In this document: in pieces, positions 29,634-32,000 of the stretch | Position numbering within the stretch: the first letter of the stretch is position 1 | How the letters are laid out: the number at the start of each line of letters is the position of its first letter | NCBI RefSeq assembly: GCF_000172995.2 | Contig: NC_014729.1 | Span: forward strand, 2,760,001 to 2,792,000 | DNA length: 32,000 nt | Direction of reading: 5' to 3' | Source of the DNA: Halogeometricum borinquense DSM 11551 | GTDB lineage: Archaea; Halobacteriota; Halobacteria; Halobacteriales; Haloferacaceae | Notes under the pieces: generated by a model | Databases searched by the model: none | Told to the model about the DNA's origin: nothing | What the model saw: only the letters and a program-made list of their open reading frames with translations | Made by a program: the position numbers and the translations under genes

Positions 29634-30518
29634 TCACGCGGAGGTGCCACGTACTGCGGCGTCGTTTGCGTCGTCCGCGTTGTCCGAAGTGGCGAGCGAG
29701 CGATAGAACGCGACGGAAAACGTCAGCAAGAGGCCCGCGGACAGCCCCATCAGAATCGTCGCAAAGAGCGTGAGTGCGGCGGAAGCCACGATGGAGATCT
29801 GGGGAACCCCGGAGAGGACCTCGGAAAGGAGTGTGTTCGTCGCCGATGGCGAGAGTTGCGAGGAGAGAGTCGAAGCGGGAAGGCTCCCGAAGAATCCGAA
29901 AACGAGACTGATACCGAACACGACTACTGAGTAGCCGACCACTGGCCAGAAATTCTGCCGGACGATGCTGACGCTCCGAAAGAAACTGCTGAAAGCGCCC
30001 TCGTCGTCGAAGACGATGGCTTGTCCGTAGAACTGGATGAAAATGAAGGGAATGAGAAACAGAAGAAGGAACAGGACACTGCCGACGACCATGATCAACA
30101 GTAAGACGGGGAAGAGTGCCTGAGGCGAGTCGAAAACAGGAATAATGGCAACAAGCGTACCGAGACCAACGACCACCCACGCGATGGTTCCGAAGACGAT
30201 GCTCCCGCCGAGAAGCAAGAGGTACGCTCCCAGCATCGACGTGTAGTGCCGTTTCCCCATCTCGACAAAGGTACCGAAGTTCGTCGTTCCGTCGAGTGCT
30301 TCGTCGGCCATGCCGAAGATTCCGCCGAAGATGAACGGAAGTACCAGCACCGTAGCGACGAGGGATACCGCCGAAGCGATGATCGTGGTAGACGGTGCTG
30401 CCAACGGCACAAACTGGAGCGGGAGTTGGAAAAGTGCGAGAAGAACTGTGATACCAGCAATGACGGGATTTCGTCGGAGGGCCTCAACCGCAGTTTGGAG
30501 GGAGTGGGCGACGACCAT
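29634..30518 (-). CDS. Polytopic membrane protein (294 aa, 6-7 TM), probably a host gene
   Basis: Hydrophobic helices run throughout. ATG 30518 has a TTTTTCAA element about 30 nt upstream. The N-terminal 37 aa of the track ORF look non-coding. Confidence 0.8.
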   Translation of the reverse strand: MVVAHSLQTAVEALRRNPVIAGITVLLALFQLPLQFVPLAAPSTTIIASAVSLVATVLVLPFIFGGIFGMADEALDGTTNFGTFVEMGKRHYTSMLGAYLLLLGGSIVFGTIAWVVVGLGTLVAIIPVFDSPQALFPVLLLIMVVGSVLFLLLFLIPFIFIQFYGQAIVFDDEGAFSSFFRSVSIVRQNFWPVVGYSVVVFGISLVFGFFGSLPASTLSSQLSPSATNTLLSEVLSGVPQISIVASAALTLFATILMGLSAGLLLTFSVAFYRSLATSDNADDANDAAVRGTSA

Positions 30519-30645
30519 AGTCGGATATTCCCGTCCTCGCGTTGAAAAACTTGGTGTTAGGTTGACAGATATTCGGATGTGCGGAGACGTTGAACGTTCG
30601 GAGACGACCGCCGGGTCTGGAACGAACACGAGGCGATGAAAGCGC

Positions 30646-31332
30646 TCAATCGTTCATATGCGCTTGCTCGAACGGATACGGCGGTAGGCGAAGTTCGTCC
30701 AGTCCGGGGAGGTGTTTGACGTTAAAGACGACTTTCATGTCATCAGTGAGGGGTGCACCCATACAGGAGAGTCGGATGTCGCTGTCGAGCATCGTCGAAG
30801 GGAGGATATGATCACCGGGCGTATCCATCTCGCCTTCAAAGACGGCGACAGCGCAGTTCGCGCACGCTCCACCACGGCAGGCGTACGGCCACGCATAGCC
30901 GCGGTTCTCGGCCGCTTCGAGAAGTGTCTCGTTCTCCTGAACGAGGAACTGTCCGTAGTCTTCGTGTGGGAGATTTGCCGCGGCCGCCTTCTCAAACAGG
31001 TCGTCGTCACCGAGATCCCACCCGTGGTCGTCGAGTACTTCGTAGTTCAGATACTCGATTTTCGATCTCAGTTCGTCCTCGTCTTCGTCGCCGTCATCCG
31101 GGACGCTTGCTGAGGAGGACGAAGAAGGCGTGTCACCCGAAACTTCGCCGTTGACGGCCTCAATCGGATGGCCCTCCTTGATCATCTCGTACGCCGAGCG
31201 GACGCGATTAAACTCCGCTGCGGAACCCCCTTGGTCGGGGTGCACCTCGATGACCCGGCGTCTGAACGCTCGATCAACCTCCGCGTCGTCCGCATCCGGT
31301 TCGATCCCGAGAATCTCGAACGGAGAATCCAC
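30646..31332 (-). CDS. J-domain / plant-type [2Fe-2S] ferredoxin fusion protein
   Basis: The J domain is FEILGIEPDADDAEVDRAFRRRVIEVHPDQGG (HPD). The ferredoxin cluster motif is CRGGACANC (Cx4Cx2C) plus LSCMG. I preferred GTG 31332 because an ATTTAC element lies about 28 nt upstream. The maximal ORF (TTG) extends to 31476. Confidence 0.85.
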   Translation of the reverse strand: MDSPFEILGIEPDADDAEVDRAFRRRVIEVHPDQGGSAAEFNRVRSAYEMIKEGHPIEAVNGEVSGDTPSSSSSASVPDDGDEDEDELRSKIEYLNYEVLDDHGWDLGDDDLFEKAAAANLPHEDYGQFLVQENETLLEAAENRGYAWPYACRGGACANCAVAVFEGEMDTPGDHILPSTMLDSDIRLSCMGAPLTDDMKVVFNVKHLPGLDELRLPPYPFEQAHMND

Positions 31333-31615
31333 GCCGACGAGTACGGGATGAGAACGTAAATCCTCTCCCTTCTCGGTAACACGAACGACGCGTACACTAC
31401 AGCATTGACGGCGATTTGTACGTTCGACTGCACAGCCAGCCACCAGCGAGTGAGTGGGGGCTTGCAGACGGAACAAGGGAGAATTTCGGAGACCGTCAGA
31501 CGCGCGTCAGACGCTCCGATGACGCCGCTCGTGAGTGATTATCAGAATCGTGAATCGCTGGATTAACTATAACTATTCTCGGCGTAGATTGCCAGAAAGT
31601 ATCAGAGGTCAACCC

Positions 31616-32000
31616 GTGTCACGAGACTCACCCCCCGGGAGCAATTCCGGACTTGAAACCGTCGGCGACGAACAGAAGAACCGGTCGGTCGAACAGACAT
31701 CCGACGAGGAGCGTGCGACCGGCATTGTCGCCGAAACGTCGGACGAGTCCGTCGAGCCGACCGAATTTGTCGATTCGGTGGTCGAGACGGCGCTCACTAA
31801 CCCGGTGGCGGCAGGCGACGCTATTGGTGACCTCTTAGCCATCGTCCGCGACTGCGATGAGGACGCGAGAGTAGCGGCCGAGGAAGCGCTCGATTTGATG
31901 GGACTCCTCCGTCCTGTCGAGTTTGAGGTGTGGATAGGCGACATAGTACAATTTGCGTCTGCCGACCGCGACGAACTCTCATTCGTCGGGTTGCGGGCAC
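31616..32000 (+). CDS. Acidic protein, 3'-truncated by the window edge; HEAT/PBS-lyase-repeat-like
   Basis: It is not in the track because there is no stop within the window. The frame is open from GTG 31616 (GAGGT 7 nt upstream) to nt 32000. The sequence is D/E-rich: ...AAGDAIGDLLAIVRDCDEDARVAAEEALDLMG.... The listed antisense ORF 31609..31944 is Ser-rich junk. Confidence 0.6.
   Translation, partial: MSRDSPPGSNSGLETVGDEQKNRSVEQTSDEERATGIVAETSDESVEPTEFVDSVVETALTNPVAAGDAIGDLLAIVRDCDEDARVAAEEALDLMGLLRPVEFEVWIGDIVQFASADRDELSFVGLRA

Noticed and set aside
29287-30180. Track ORFs 29287..29478 (+), 29565..29930 (+) and 29614..30180 (-).
   Set aside because: The first is a translation of the G-run cluster. 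The other two are alternative frames of the polytopic membrane gene 29634..30518 and are Arg/Gly-rich without hydrophobic periodicity.
1-32000. A search for CRISPR arrays, rRNA, tRNA, IS elements with terminal inverted repeats, reverse transcriptase/DGR or retron features.
   Set aside because: I saw no regularly spaced direct repeats of 25-40 nt, no rRNA-like or cloverleaf structures, and no transposase or RT motifs (YxDD) in any frame. The only tandem repeats are intragenic protein-coding repeats.

Overview
High-GC DNA encoding very acidic proteins, with Shine-Dalgarno motifs matching GGAGGTGATC. This looks like Halobacteria (haloarchaeal) DNA, which is an inference from composition. About 29 kb of the window appears to be a mobile genetic element, or a mosaic of elements. 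Its left end lies beyond the window and its right end lies next to a tyrosine integrase (27903..28931). Ordinary-looking host genes start at about 29.6 kb.

Main blocks:
(1) A 5'-truncated acidic HTH protein (1..1689).
(2) A visibly AT-richer cassette (about 1980-4460) with a DUF4157/HExxH polymorphic-toxin-like gene and a tightly linked candidate immunity gene.
(3) An 11-kb minus-strand operon (15625 down to 4543) of 12-13 genes. Almost all encode small multi-TM proteins, plus two giant proteins: a 1061-aa low-complexity/repeat protein and a roughly 1031-aa sequon-rich glycoprotein-like protein. The genes are chained by start/stop overlaps and by SD sequences embedded in Gly/Arg C-terminal tails.
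(4) A divergent plus-strand module (15740..20348): AbrB-like protein, 207-aa protein, P-loop NTPase, wHTH-fused MoxR/AAA_5 ATPase, zinc ribbon and VWA/MIDAS protein.
(5) A 3-gene membrane operon (21348 down to 20361).
(6) An AT-rich island (about 21350-26500) with a minimal tyrosine recombinase, DUF2188-like genes, and a phiH1-repressor-like wHTH gene paired with a zinc-ribbon/TM/metzincin protease.
(7) A coupled operon of three zinc-binding mini-proteins, a J-domain protein and an integrase, followed by hairpin, direct-repeat and G-run structures that are candidate att/boundary features.

I found no rRNA, tRNA or CRISPR array, and no recognisable capsid, portal, terminase-large or polymerase gene. 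The best candidate for something new is the membrane-protein operon together with its divergent NTPase/MoxR/VWA module. It may be a pleomorphic-virus-like or plasmid-vesicle-like morphogenesis system, or a novel surface apparatus. All family assignments come from motif recognition by eye, since no searches were run.
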